The notes under the pieces were generated by a model, which saw only the letters and a list, made by a program, of their open reading frames with translations, did no database searches and had not been told where the DNA came from. A DNA stretch of 24,536 nucleotides from Fimbriimonadales bacterium (GTDB taxonomy: Bacteria > Armatimonadota > Fimbriimonadia > Fimbriimonadales > ATM1): contig JBGTLG010000024.1 in the NCBI GenBank assembly GCA_041744215.1, positions 1 through 24,536 of the forward strand, read 5' to 3'. Both the position numbers and the translations under genes were made by a program. Below are positions 7,716 through 16,396 of this stretch, piece by piece. Every line of letters begins with the position of its first letter. The stretch's first letter is position 1.

Positions 7716-8854
7716 ATCTTCAGCTTGAAGACGCAGAACTCAACAACCTTCATCATTTGAGCGAACACGAAGAGAAGGATTGCAAACAACACGAACTCTT
7801 CGAGCAGTCCGGGGTCGCCCGCAGCCGCCGTTTGGACTACCTCTGTCGCTCCTTCGGAGCTGAAGGTAAAGCGGCTCATCAGCTTGTCAAAGTCACCTAC
7901 GAGACCTTGCGTCCAAACCAGGAGTCCTGGCCTCAAAGCCAGATAGAACAAGACCATTGCCAGCGGCACTGCCCACGTTAGCAGCTTGTACTTTTGCCGC
8001 TGATGCTCGTTGTAGATGACGCACTGACGGCAACGCTCTGCTTTCTGCCCGGCGGTCAACGTCTTGTTGTAAGGGATGAATTTCGCGGCTGCGACGGCAT
8101 CCTTAGGGATAACCGTTCCAGACATTGCTCCGTGGATGACTTCTTCTTCGCACATGCACCCAACCCGCTCTCGCCAACAGCATCTTCTTGAATGGTAGAT
8201 AGGGCATTGCTCGCGGACAAACTTGCGGCAGAACGGCAACTGCCAGCACTTGCCCATGAAGACGTTTCTGTAGTCGTAGTCTTCCCTGACGCCGGATCCG
8301 TACTTCATCAGAGTTTCTTTCGATCCGAACAGGGTTCTATTGCGAATTCGAATGATGATGTCTGCGACTTGTAGGATGACTGCTGCTATGCCCAGTATGA
8401 GGCCGCCGAGCTTCAGAGAGAATAGGGCACGCCCGACCATATCCCAACTCTCGATGCTGGTTTCACGATAGCCGATGACTGCGTCGAGCCACCAGTTCGA
8501 AGTAAAGAAAACGGTCGCGACAATAAAGAGGGTTACGGGCAGCGCAATATCTCCCCAGAACATGAGCGCCATCCCGGCTCCGAAGAGAATCAGCCCCGCA
8601 ATGAGAGCTATCTGCCCCCATTGCACCATTGCGGTCCCGTCCTTGAGCGCCTGAATACCGGCGGTGTCGCTTGGTGCAGCCGTCACCCAGTTGCTGCCGA
8701 AATAGTAGGTGACGTAGATTAAGACGCCTGTCGCCAAGAGCGACATGACGATCCCGACAATCAGGACCTTTCCACCGGCCCATTCGATTATGTTCGCGAA
8801 CCAGTCTTCTTTGAGCTGGGCCGGACCGGGAGCGGAGACAGGGTTCTTCGCCAT
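7712..8854 (-). CDS. Multi-pass membrane protein with a central Cys-rich (two-CW-like) domain, 380 aa
   Basis: About four N-terminal and two C-terminal hydrophobic segments around KCWQLPFC..CPIY..RCCWRERVGCMC....CRQCVIY; ATGA overlap with the accB-like gene. Confidence 0.8.
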   Translation of the reverse strand: MAKNPVSAPGPAQLKEDWFANIIEWAGGKVLIVGIVMSLLATGVLIYVTYYFGSNWVTAAPSDTAGIQALKDGTAMVQWGQIALIAGLILFGAGMALMFWGDIALPVTLFIVATVFFTSNWWLDAVIGYRETSIESWDMVGRALFSLKLGGLILGIAAVILQVADIIIRIRNRTLFGSKETLMKYGSGVREDYDYRNVFMGKCWQLPFCRKFVREQCPIYHSRRCCWRERVGCMCEEEVIHGAMSGTVIPKDAVAAAKFIPYNKTLTAGQKAERCRQCVIYNEHQRQKYKLLTWAVPLAMVLFYLALRPGLLVWTQGLVGDFDKLMSRFTFSSEGATEVVQTAAAGDPGLLEEFVLFAILLFVFAQMMKVVEFCVFKLKI

Positions 8855-8866
8855 CGAGTTTCCGAG

Positions 8867-9436
8867 TTAAGCAGAAGAGACGCGCTCGAGGTATGTGTCG
8901 GTTCGAGTATCGACCTTGATCACGTCTCCTACCGCGATATGGAAGGGTACCGCGATGGTGGCGCCGCTTTCCAAGACGGCTGGCTTGTTGCCTCCGCTCA
9001 CGGTGTCGCCTTTGAATGCGGGGTCCGTTTCAGCGATTTTCATTTCGACAAAGGTGGGTACTTCGATTCCGCTTACTGTACCGTCGACGGTCGTCGCCGT
9101 AACGGTCATTCCTTCGGTGAGGTACTTAGCGCCGTCGCCAAACATCTCGATTGGGTAGTCGGCCTGGTCGTAGTCTTCGGAGTCCATGCAGGTGACCGAG
9201 TCACCGGAGCGATAGAGAAACTGCATTTGTTTCTGCTCGATTCTGGCGGGTTCAAACCTCTCGCCTGCTCGGAAGGTCTTCTCAATCGATTGGCCGGATT
9301 TGAGCTTTTTGAGTTTGGTGCGTACGAACGCGCCGCCCTTTCCTGGCTTGACGTGCTGGAACTCAACGACCTTGTAAACCTCTCCATCGAGGTAGATCGC
9401 CATACCGGTTCGAAAATCGCTAGTATCAATAGACAT
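8867..9436 (-). CDS. efp: Translation elongation factor P
   Basis: HVKPGKGGAFVRTKLK, KGDTVSGGNKPA, IKVDTR..Y motifs; TATACT at 9456-9451, 14 nt upstream of the ATG. Confidence 0.97.
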   Translation of the reverse strand: MSIDTSDFRTGMAIYLDGEVYKVVEFQHVKPGKGGAFVRTKLKKLKSGQSIEKTFRAGERFEPARIEQKQMQFLYRSGDSVTCMDSEDYDQADYPIEMFGDGAKYLTEGMTVTATTVDGTVSGIEVPTFVEMKIAETDPAFKGDTVSGGNKPAVLESGATIAVPFHIAVGDVIKVDTRTDTYLERVSSA

Positions 9437-9496
9437 AGAGGGACGGCGTGAGTATACACGTCGTCCCTCTCGATCAGTCCGATGGGCTCTAACCGG

Positions 9497-9700
9497 TTAC
9501 TTATAGTCGATCGTACCGGGCGCGCTCGCCTTCGTCGCCTCATCAACCGGGGGAAGGTCAGCGGGCTTCTGAGGAAGGTTCTTGAGCTCCTCCTCAGGAT
9601 TGTTACCGCCGCTACACCCGGCGATCGCGACCGCACCTGCGGCCCCGATCAAGATGCTTGCGACTCCGGCAGCCGCCGCTCGTTTCAGAACGCCAGCCAT
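9497..9700 (-). CDS. Small putative lipoprotein, 67 aa
   Basis: ATG 9700 one base after the upstream stop; basic then hydrophobic signal ending in lipobox-like IAGC; Pro/Glu-rich tail. Confidence 0.65.
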   Translation of the reverse strand: MAGVLKRAAAAGVASILIGAAGAVAIAGCSGGNNPEEELKNLPQKPADLPPVDEATKASAPGTIDYK

Positions 9701-9701
9701 G

Positions 9702-10652
9702 CTATTGCAGATCCCAGATGTAGGACTCTCTATCAAAGATAAAGCCGCCCCACGCGTTTCGGACATCGCACCCAGCGGTGATCCGGTCGATTCGAAGTGG
9801 CTTCGAGTGGCCGTCCAGGAAGGAGACCGTCACGACGCCTTCGTTGCGGCGGGTCCAGGTTTGGGCACCCATCGCCTTGCTGGCGAGGTGATACGGGAAC
9901 GCTCCTCCGAACGTATTCCAGGCCGTTGGAGAGGTCGGGTTCCAGCCGCCAAACCACCAGATTCCGAGAACGCCACCGATGGCTGGGAATGAGTTCTCGC
10001 CGCCTGTGTAGAACCGGCAGGGAGGATCAAGCGCCCAGTTACCGCCGTCTACCGGCGCACCATTGGAGGGTGCACGATCCCAGATCGAGTCAAGGATCGC
10101 GATCGTCTCAGATGGTTGGGCCACCCGAGACATGTTGATTGCCGCCGGGCCATCTTGGGGGAGGCCCGTGCATCGGTTGATGGCGGTGGTGTAGCGGACC
10201 ATCGGCGCCAGGTACTGGGAGTTTAGGCCGTGATTGGCCTTGGTAGTCCAGTTGAAGTACCTCTCTCGCTGGTTGGCACCCGGCGCGCCCGTTATGGGGT
10301 CTCTGTCGAGGCCACGGTCGGTCGCGTTCGGGTCAGACGGACAACGCGTGTACTTGATGTTGGCGATGTACGGCTGCATATCCAGAATCCAGTTGCTCTG
10401 CTCTGGATTGCTTCCCGTACAGTGGGTGATGCTGCATGGGCAGTAGTTCACCAACGGCATATGATCGTCCCAGTCCCCGAAGTACAGGTGGAACGCCTTG
10501 GAGACTCCGTTGAAGTTGCTGAGGCAGCTGGTCTTTTTGGCCGCTTCCTTTGCCTGCGCAAAGACAGGGAACAGGATGGCAGCCAAGATCGCGATGATCG
10601 CGATGACTACGAGCAGTTCTATAAGGGTAAACCCCTTCTTACTTGATTGCAT
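9702..10652 (-). CDS. Prepilin-type N-terminal cleavage/methylation domain protein (DUF1559/H-X9-DG-like), 316 aa
   Basis: [47 protein letters not shown] and C-terminal [17 protein letters not shown] before ATG 10652. Confidence 0.9.
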   Translation of the reverse strand: MQSSKKGFTLIELLVVIAIIAILAAILFPVFAQAKEAAKKTSCLSNFNGVSKAFHLYFGDWDDHMPLVNYCPCSITHCTGSNPEQSNWILDMQPYIANIKYTRCPSDPNATDRGLDRDPITGAPGANQRERYFNWTTKANHGLNSQYLAPMVRYTTAINRCTGLPQDGPAAINMSRVAQPSETIAILDSIWDRAPSNGAPVDGGNWALDPPCRFYTGGENSFPAIGGVLGIWWFGGWNPTSPTAWNTFGGAFPYHLASKAMGAQTWTRRNEGVVTVSFLDGHSKPLRIDRITAGCDVRNAWGGFIFDRESYIWDLQ

Positions 10653-10834
10653 CTCACACCTCCGGGGCTTCCAGCCCCAAAAGAATTGCTCCCCGTTCAA
10701 CGCCACGGGGCGCTTAACATCAATATAACAGAAAAATAGCGAATCCGGTCATAGATTTTTTGCAAAACTTTGGAGGCACCTACTTGCCCTTTCACCACGT
10801 AATATGTCTGGAAACACCCTTTGGAGGGATGACG

Positions 10835-11731
10835 ATGACCCATAAATTGACTCTAGCTACCTTTCTAACCGGAGTTCTCCTCGGCCTCGGCTGCAACGGG
10901 GACGTCCCAGATACGCCCGATTCCGCGAGGGCCGAGCCGGTGGTGACTTCACCTTCACCCGAGAGTACGGGAGATGCTGTTGAGGCGCCACCGACGGCGG
11001 ACGCAGACACGCAGACACCTGCACCCGCGGATTCCAAGCCAGGAGAAGCTCCGGCAGCAAATGCCCCTCGGGCAAACAACCAGGGCAACCAGCCTCGAAC
11101 CAATCAAGGAGGCGGTGGCGGGAACAACCCTAACCGGGCCCAAGGCGGTGGGGGCGGAGGTTTCCGGGGTGGCGGCGGGATGATCTCGCTGGCTATGCGC
11201 GAGGATGTTCGAAAAGAGATTGGCGTAACGGACGAGCAAGTTGAGAAGCTGCGCGCGAAGTCTCGAGAATTGATGCCGCAGCCTGGAGCTGACGGTCAAC
11301 GGCCAAACGTCGATATGCAGGAGTTAACCAAGAAGATGGAGGCGGCGGTCAAGTCGATACTCACGCCTGCGCAGGTTACTCGCCTGGGTCAACTCCAGCT
11401 GCAGCGAGAGGGACCGACGGCGATGGCGCGCAAGGAAGTGGCCGACAAGGTCGGCTTGCCGGAGGCGACCCGAGCGAAGATCCAAGGGCTCGTTGAGGCC
11501 AACGCGGCCAAGGCTCGTGAGCAGGGCGCATCAAGGCCGGAGAACCAGGAGGAAGCCCAGAAGCGGATGGCCGAAATGCGGGCGAGCCGCGAGAAGCTTC
11601 AATCCGACATCCTCGCTCAGCTGAGTGCGGAGCAAAAGGCCAAGTGGGAGTCGCTCCTGGGCAAGACGTTCACGTTCCAGCAAGGCGGGGGTGGCGGCGG
11701 AGCCGGGCGACCCATCGCTCCGCGCGATTGA
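10835..11731 (+). CDS. Putative lipoprotein with a low-complexity linker and Spy/CpxP-like (LTxxQ-type) helical repeats, 298 aa
   Basis: GGAGGG RBS 6 nt upstream; lipobox-like LGLGC; Pro/Ala/Gly-rich region; VTDEQ, LTPAQ and LSAEQ motifs. Confidence 0.75.
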   Translation: MTHKLTLATFLTGVLLGLGCNGDVPDTPDSARAEPVVTSPSPESTGDAVEAPPTADADTQTPAPADSKPGEAPAANAPRANNQGNQPRTNQGGGGGNNPNRAQGGGGGGFRGGGGMISLAMREDVRKEIGVTDEQVEKLRAKSRELMPQPGADGQRPNVDMQELTKKMEAAVKSILTPAQVTRLGQLQLQREGPTAMARKEVADKVGLPEATRAKIQGLVEANAAKAREQGASRPENQEEAQKRMAEMRASREKLQSDILAQLSAEQKAKWESLLGKTFTFQQGGGGGGAGRPIAPRD

Positions 11732-11741
11732 TGCGAGGCCC

Positions 11742-12938
11742 CTACCTCCAGCCGTAGTGCGAGAAGAACGCCGGTGCGAGCCTCTCTTGGGGGCTCGTGC
11801 CGGCGAGTGAAAAGTAGAACCCTATGGGGTTAGTTGCGAGGTCGTCGCGCCGTTCATTGAACTGAGTCCCGCCCCATCTGGTGCCGGCCGCGACGAGTTC
11901 GAACTGGGTAAAGCGGCCGGAGCCCGTGTCGTACATCGCCTTTCCAAGGAGTTGGAGTTCGTATCCCCGGTTCTGGCGCCCGACAGGCCCTCCCACAGAC
12001 CACACTCCGCTTTGCGCGGCTATGGCCAGGCCCTCGAACCGGAGGAAAAGAGTCGCTCCAGCCCGCGCTCGGATTTCTGCTCGTAGGAATGCGGTTGGGA
12101 GATTTGCGTCTGAAAACGGGCTGGTTTGCCCTCGAACGTTGTCTGCGAGGTGCAAGCGAGCGATACGACGGACTATTGCCTCGGGGACGAGCCGAGTCTG
12201 CCCGGCTTCGTGGATGTTCGGCACGAATGCCTGCATCTCGTCGTATCGGAACCAAGCGAAGTCCTGGTTCCAGGACTTGCCCCGCCAACCCGATACGTCG
12301 ACCTCGCGCGGCAGGTCGTGGGAGATGACGCGAAGCGCCATCCCGTCTCGCGGGTAGTAGTCTTCGCCCCGGTCGACCTGCGCGCGGGCGAAGATCGGGT
12401 CTTCGGGCAGAAGTCTCTCCGACTTCGGGATTGCCGCCCACGCCGCCAAGGCCTTTTCGAGTACCTCAGCAACTCGTGTGGGGTCGTTGCTGTTGATGGA
12501 GCCAAGGTGGATTCCGGACGGAGTCAGAACGTAGGTGCCTTGGCGTGTGGCAGGGTGGTCTCTGGAAAAGCTCTTTTCGGCGACTTTCTGGAACAGCAGG
12601 CTATCTGGATGCGAACTGCGCTGGAGCCGGCCGACGTCGTCGGCAGCTGAAACGAACTCTTTCGCGAGTTCGATATTCTTAGGATCGGTCCAGACCAACT
12701 GTCTGTTTATGACGCCGTTGTTTCACGTACAGGCGAGGGGGTGGCCGTTCATCACCCAGAGCAGGATCGGCTTGTCCTGCTGTTGGGCGTAGACGACGGC
12801 CGTCCAGAGATCGGCGACCCAAGGAATCTTCTGCGCGCTTTCGGTGAGGGCGGGCGGGATGATTTGGGCCTTGATCTCCTCATACGTAGCGTCGGTCAGC
12901 ACGACAGTCTGGCTGAGGGCCAAGATAGCTGCAAGCAT
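11742..12938 (-). CDS. Putative selenoprotein: thioredoxin-like domain with a C-T-U motif plus an uncharacterised C-terminal domain, 398 aa with UGA readthrough
   Basis: ORFs 12723-12938 and 11742-12698 are in the same frame, separated by one TGA (12725-12723) and 8 sense codons: DKPILLWVMNGHPLACT-U-NNGVINRQLVWTDP. A hairpin follows the UGA. Confidence 0.75.
12686..12717 (-). promoter_or_regulatory. Putative bacterial SECIS element
   Basis: After the UGA: GUC-auaaa-CAGAC-AGUUG-GUCUG-GAC. Upper stem CAGAC/GUCUG, lower pairing GUC/GAC, 5-nt loop with G at position 2, and 22 nt between the UGA and the loop. Confidence 0.6.
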
Positions 12939-12949
12939 CGGGTCTGTTA

Positions 12950-12975
12950 GACGTGCCTGAATCCTTCATCGTTGC
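12950..12975 (-). promoter_or_regulatory. Possible ECF-sigma-type promoter for the putative selenoprotein (GCAAC-N17-CGTC)
   Basis: Minus strand GCAAC-gatgaaggattcaggca-CGTC, then taacagacccg and ATG; same spacing as the htpX element. Confidence 0.45.
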
Positions 12976-12999
12976 GGGGCCAAGTTAGCCTCTAGGTCT

Positions 13000-13026
13000 G
13001 CGAGATTTGGCCTCAGATGCCGACAA
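13000..13026 (+). promoter_or_regulatory. Possible sigma-28 (FliA)-type promoter for motAB
   Basis: GCCGACAA at 13019-13026 is a 7/8 match to GCCGATAA; a weak -35 (GCGAG) lies 14 nt upstream; the downstream genes are flagellar stator genes. Confidence 0.45.
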
Positions 13027-13085
13027 TTGAGGTTGTTGATGCATCGACATGTCTCCACCCCCGTGCGTGAAGGGGACGCTCGGCC

Positions 13086-13946
13086 ATGATTATCGGTCTG
13101 ATCGTCGTCCTTGCCGCTGTCGTCGGCGGGTTCATCATGGCTGGCGGCAAGGTCGGCGTATTGATTCAGATCGCTGAGTTCGTCATTATTGGCGGCGCGG
13201 CCCTAGGCTCGATCCTGGTTTCGAACCCCCCGTCCGTACTCGGCAAGATCATGAAGGAAGTGATGGCTGTTATGAAGCCATCGAAGTACTCGAAGGCTTC
13301 CTACATTTCACTTCTCAAGATGATGTTTTCGATGTTCAATCAGGCGCGACGGGACGGCTTGCTCGTTCTCGAGCCGCATGTCGAGCATCCCGAACAAAGC
13401 GAAATCTTCAAGCGTTGTCCGGAGTTACTTGAAGATCACCACGCGATGCTGTTTTTTGCAGACACGACGAAGGTTGTGCTGACTGGCGCTGTTGCGCCGC
13501 ATGATCTCATGGAGATGATGGAGATCGATCTTGAAGTCGCGCGCGAAGAGAAGGAGCACGTGCAACACATCGTCCAGACGATCGCTGATGCGATGCCTGG
13601 TTTCGGAATTGTCGCGGCAGTACTTGGCGTTATCGTTACGATGGCTTCGATTGGCGGCGACCCCGCGTCGATTGGCGCGCACGTTGCGGCTGCTTTAGTC
13701 GGGACGATGCTTGGCGTGTTGCTCGCTTATGGAGTATTTGGCCCGATCGCCAGCGCGCTTAAAGCGAGGAACGCTCAATCAGCGCAGTTCATGCAGTGCA
13801 TTCGGTACGCGCTATTCAGTTTCGCTCGTGGCGAGAGCCCAATCACTTGTATCGAGTTTGCAAGGCGAAACATCGACCCTGAGATTCGCCCGACGTTTAC
13901 GGAGATGGAGCAGGCGGTGCGCGAGAAGAAGCAGGAGGCTGCATAG
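13086..13946 (+). CDS. motA: Flagellar motor stator protein MotA
   Basis: AEFVIIGGAALG, ARRDGLLVLE (conserved R/E), DAMPGFGIVAAVLG, AALVGTMLGVLLAYGVFGP, EFARR. Confidence 0.95.
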   Translation: MIIGLIVVLAAVVGGFIMAGGKVGVLIQIAEFVIIGGAALGSILVSNPPSVLGKIMKEVMAVMKPSKYSKASYISLLKMMFSMFNQARRDGLLVLEPHVEHPEQSEIFKRCPELLEDHHAMLFFADTTKVVLTGAVAPHDLMEMMEIDLEVAREEKEHVQHIVQTIADAMPGFGIVAAVLGVIVTMASIGGDPASIGAHVAAALVGTMLGVLLAYGVFGPIASALKARNAQSAQFMQCIRYALFSFARGESPITCIEFARRNIDPEIRPTFTEMEQAVREKKQEAA

Positions 13947-14813
13947 TTGCCCGACCAATCGCCGGTTATCATCAAGAAGATCAAGAAAGGCGGCAACGAG
14001 CACCACGGGGGCTCTTGGAAGGTCGCCTTCGCCGACTTTATGACCGCAATGATGGCGTTCTTTCTTGTCATGTGGATTCTTGGGTTAGACCAAGACACAC
14101 GCAGCGCGATTGCCGGCTACTTCCAGGACCCATTTAACTTTGAGAAAAAAGCTGCCGGGAACACTCTCGAGTCGCTGCTGAACGCAAAAGCAGATGAACC
14201 CGGAGAGGCTGGGGCAGCTCGCGAGTTGCCACCGGAAGCGAGGGACAGGGAGATTGCAGAACTTGCAATGATCCAGGAAGAACTCGCAGGTCTCGCCGAG
14301 ATTGATCCAGACCTTGCAGAGCTCGCTGAGCAGATGGAAGTGAGGATGACGGACGAGGGACTGATTATCGAATTCACTGAGGGCGTCGGCGCGGCATTTT
14401 TCGAGAGCGGGAGTGCTGTGATGCGGCAGCAAGCGCGGGAGATCTTTACGCGTCTTGGCCAACTGCTCGCGAAATCCAAGCGGCATATCGTGGTCGACGG
14501 GCACACAGATGCTGCGCAATACGCGCCAGGCGCAAGTTATGACAACTGGACGCTCTCGCAGGATCGCGCGACGGCGACCTACCGAGTTTTACGTCAAGCT
14601 GGCGTATCTGAAAAGGACGTCTTGGCCGTTCGCGGATTTGCGGATCGACGGCTGAAGATACCGGCGGATCCGAAGAGTTTCGCGAATCGCCGCGTGTCCG
14701 TGTTGCTTCCGTTCATATGGAAGGAACGAGAAGTGACCGGCTCTGGCGATGGCCTGGATCCTTCGATTCAAGCGAAAATCGTCGAAGACTTTTCAATTCG
14801 AAAGTCGGACTGA
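13947..14813 (+). CDS. motB: Flagellar motor stator protein MotB (OmpA-like C-terminal domain)
   Basis: HGGSWKVAFADFMTAMMAFFLVMW with the conserved Asp; VDGHTD, NWTLSQDRA, NRRV; TTG start directly after the motA stop. Confidence 0.95.
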   Translation: MPDQSPVIIKKIKKGGNEHHGGSWKVAFADFMTAMMAFFLVMWILGLDQDTRSAIAGYFQDPFNFEKKAAGNTLESLLNAKADEPGEAGAARELPPEARDREIAELAMIQEELAGLAEIDPDLAELAEQMEVRMTDEGLIIEFTEGVGAAFFESGSAVMRQQAREIFTRLGQLLAKSKRHIVVDGHTDAAQYAPGASYDNWTLSQDRATATYRVLRQAGVSEKDVLAVRGFADRRLKIPADPKSFANRRVSVLLPFIWKEREVTGSGDGLDPSIQAKIVEDFSIRKSD

Positions 14814-14859
14814 TTTTGCCGCGATGGGCACCGGGATCCGAGACACGCGTGGATAGCTG

Positions 14860-14881
14860 AGTCACCTGACGAGTGGCTTTT
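14860..14881 (+). terminator. Possible weak intrinsic terminator after motB
   Basis: AGTCAC-ctgacga-GTGGCT hairpin (one G-U pair) followed by a short T run, between convergent genes. Confidence 0.3.
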
Positions 14882-15777
14882 CAAGATACGCTTTCGCGAA
14901 GAAACCTAAGTGCATTGTTGAACGCCTCATCAACCGACATTTGGTAGATGCGCCGCATCGCCTCTTCGGTTCGAGACTGTCCCTGGAGCCCAGCAGCGAA
15001 GTTGCGCCAGAACGACTCGTCGCCGTGCTGCTTGAGGAATTCGATCAGCTTAGCGTTGCCGAAAGTCTGTGCGAGGTATCGGATCACCCAAGCGGACTGT
15101 TGGTACGCGAGCCAGATCGCGTCCAGGGTCTCGGGGGTGCCGTCCGGGAGGCCGAATTCCGCCTCCAACTCCTCCCAGCCGAGCCATTCGACCTTGCTGG
15201 CGGCGAAATCATCGCGGTCGATCGGTTCGAAGGTGTCCTCGACCCAGACGGCGACGCCTTCTTCGACCCACCTGGGGGCCTCGTCCTTGGTGTAGCGCAT
15301 GGTGATGACGTGGGCGAACTCGTGCGCGACGGTTTTGTGGAACTCGTCTGGTTTGCGGAGGGCGGCGTGGGGGAGGCAGATCTTGATGTGAGGGACGCGG
15401 GGGCTCGCGTAGCCGCCGGGATGGCTGGCCCAGGGCGCGTCGGCTTCCTCGGCGAGGATCGTGACGAGCGCCGGGGTGTTTTCGGTGTATTCGAGGGCGG
15501 TCTTTGCCCTTTCGACGGCTCTCGCGACGGCGGCGTGGGGGCTCGGCGCCTCCTCGGGGATGTATTCGAGCAGGAGGTTTGGGCCGAGGGCGTCGATTGT
15601 CGAACGATGGCGCGTGACGGCTTCGGCTTCGAGGGTCCGATACCACCCCGCCATTGCGGCGGTCGGCCCGAGGCCTGCCCTTTTGGCCGCTTCGAATGCC
15701 TCGACGATCCTGTCTTCGTCGTAGAGTCTGAAGATGGCGTCCCATCCGAGTTCGTGGCGTGGCGCGACAACTTGCAC
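14881..15777 (-). CDS. Putative zinc metallopeptidase (peptidase MA-like/gluzincin), about 298 aa
   Basis: VAHEFAH followed by PRWVEEGVA and AYQQS..VIRYL..FG. Start uncertain; GTG 15777 was chosen to avoid overlap with the divergent gene. Confidence 0.75.
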   Translation of the reverse strand: MQVVAPRHELGWDAIFRLYDEDRIVEAFEAAKRAGLGPTAAMAGWYRTLEAEAVTRHRSTIDALGPNLLLEYIPEEAPSPHAAVARAVERAKTALEYTENTPALVTILAEEADAPWASHPGGYASPRVPHIKICLPHAALRKPDEFHKTVAHEFAHVITMRYTKDEAPRWVEEGVAVWVEDTFEPIDRDDFAASKVEWLGWEELEAEFGLPDGTPETLDAIWLAYQQSAWVIRYLAQTFGNAKLIEFLKQHGDESFWRNFAAGLQGQSRTEEAMRRIYQMSVDEAFNNALRFLRESVS

Positions 15778-15814
15778 GAGTTTGGGGATGATGCCACGTT
15801 GTACACTGTGCGGG

Positions 15815-16396
15815 ATGGCCACGCGGTCGCTCTCTCTGGATAAAATGGCTCGAGCCGTGGAGAAGGTTCGAGAGAGGTTGCTGCAGGCTGTCGCGGCGCT
15901 CGAAGGAGCGGGCGTTCCTTACGCGATCGCCGGCGGTCACGCCGTTGCCGTTTGGGTGGCAAGCGTCGATGAAGCGGCGACGCGGACGACGCGCGATGTG
16001 GACGTTCTGTTGAGGCGCTCGGACTTCGAGGTGGCGCGGGCGGCCCTGGAGAGCTCCGGGTTCGTCCACAGGCACGCGTCGGGAATGGACTTGTTTCTCG
16101 ACGGGCCCGATTCGAAGGCCAGAGAGGCTGTCCACCTGATCTTTGCGAACGAGTTTGTTCGTCCGGGCGAGCCGGAGCCGAACCCGGATGTCGATGCCGC
16201 CGTGTCGGGGGAGCAGTTTCGCGTGCTGTCGCTGGAGGCGCTGGTGAGAATCAAGCTGACGGCGTTTCGCGATAAAGACCGGACTCACCTGAGGGACCTC
16301 ATCGACGTTGGCTTAGTCGACGAATCGTGGCTTGCGCGGCTTCCCCAGGAGTTAGGAGTGCGGCTCAGGCAGTTGCTCGACGATCCGCACGGGTAG
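15815..16396 (+). CDS. Nucleotidyltransferase-superfamily protein, 193 aa
   Basis: PYAIAGGHAV, RTTRDVDVL (DxD) and IKLTAFRDKD motifs; TACACT 7 nt upstream of ATG 15815. Confidence 0.8.
   Translation: MATRSLSLDKMARAVEKVRERLLQAVAALEGAGVPYAIAGGHAVAVWVASVDEAATRTTRDVDVLLRRSDFEVARAALESSGFVHRHASGMDLFLDGPDSKAREAVHLIFANEFVRPGEPEPNPDVDAAVSGEQFRVLSLEALVRIKLTAFRDKDRTHLRDLIDVGLVDESWLARLPQELGVRLRQLLDDPHG

Noticed and set aside
12723-12938. Independent 71-aa protein or nonsense pseudogene
   Set aside because: The stop cuts a thioredoxin-like fold at its active-site loop, the frame continues for 326 more sense codons, and a SECIS-like hairpin follows. Readthrough is the better explanation, though unproven.
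13086-14813. Zorya-type defence system (ZorAB) or ExbBD/TolQR
   Set aside because: MotA is normal length with no long tail, MotB has the canonical WKVAFADF motif, and no zorC/D/E-like genes are adjacent.
14941-16288. Long alternative ORFs (14941-15843 +, 15084-15962 -, 15209-16288 -)
   Set aside because: Antisense or off-frame shadows of GC-rich genes that carry recognisable motifs; they have no motifs of their own.
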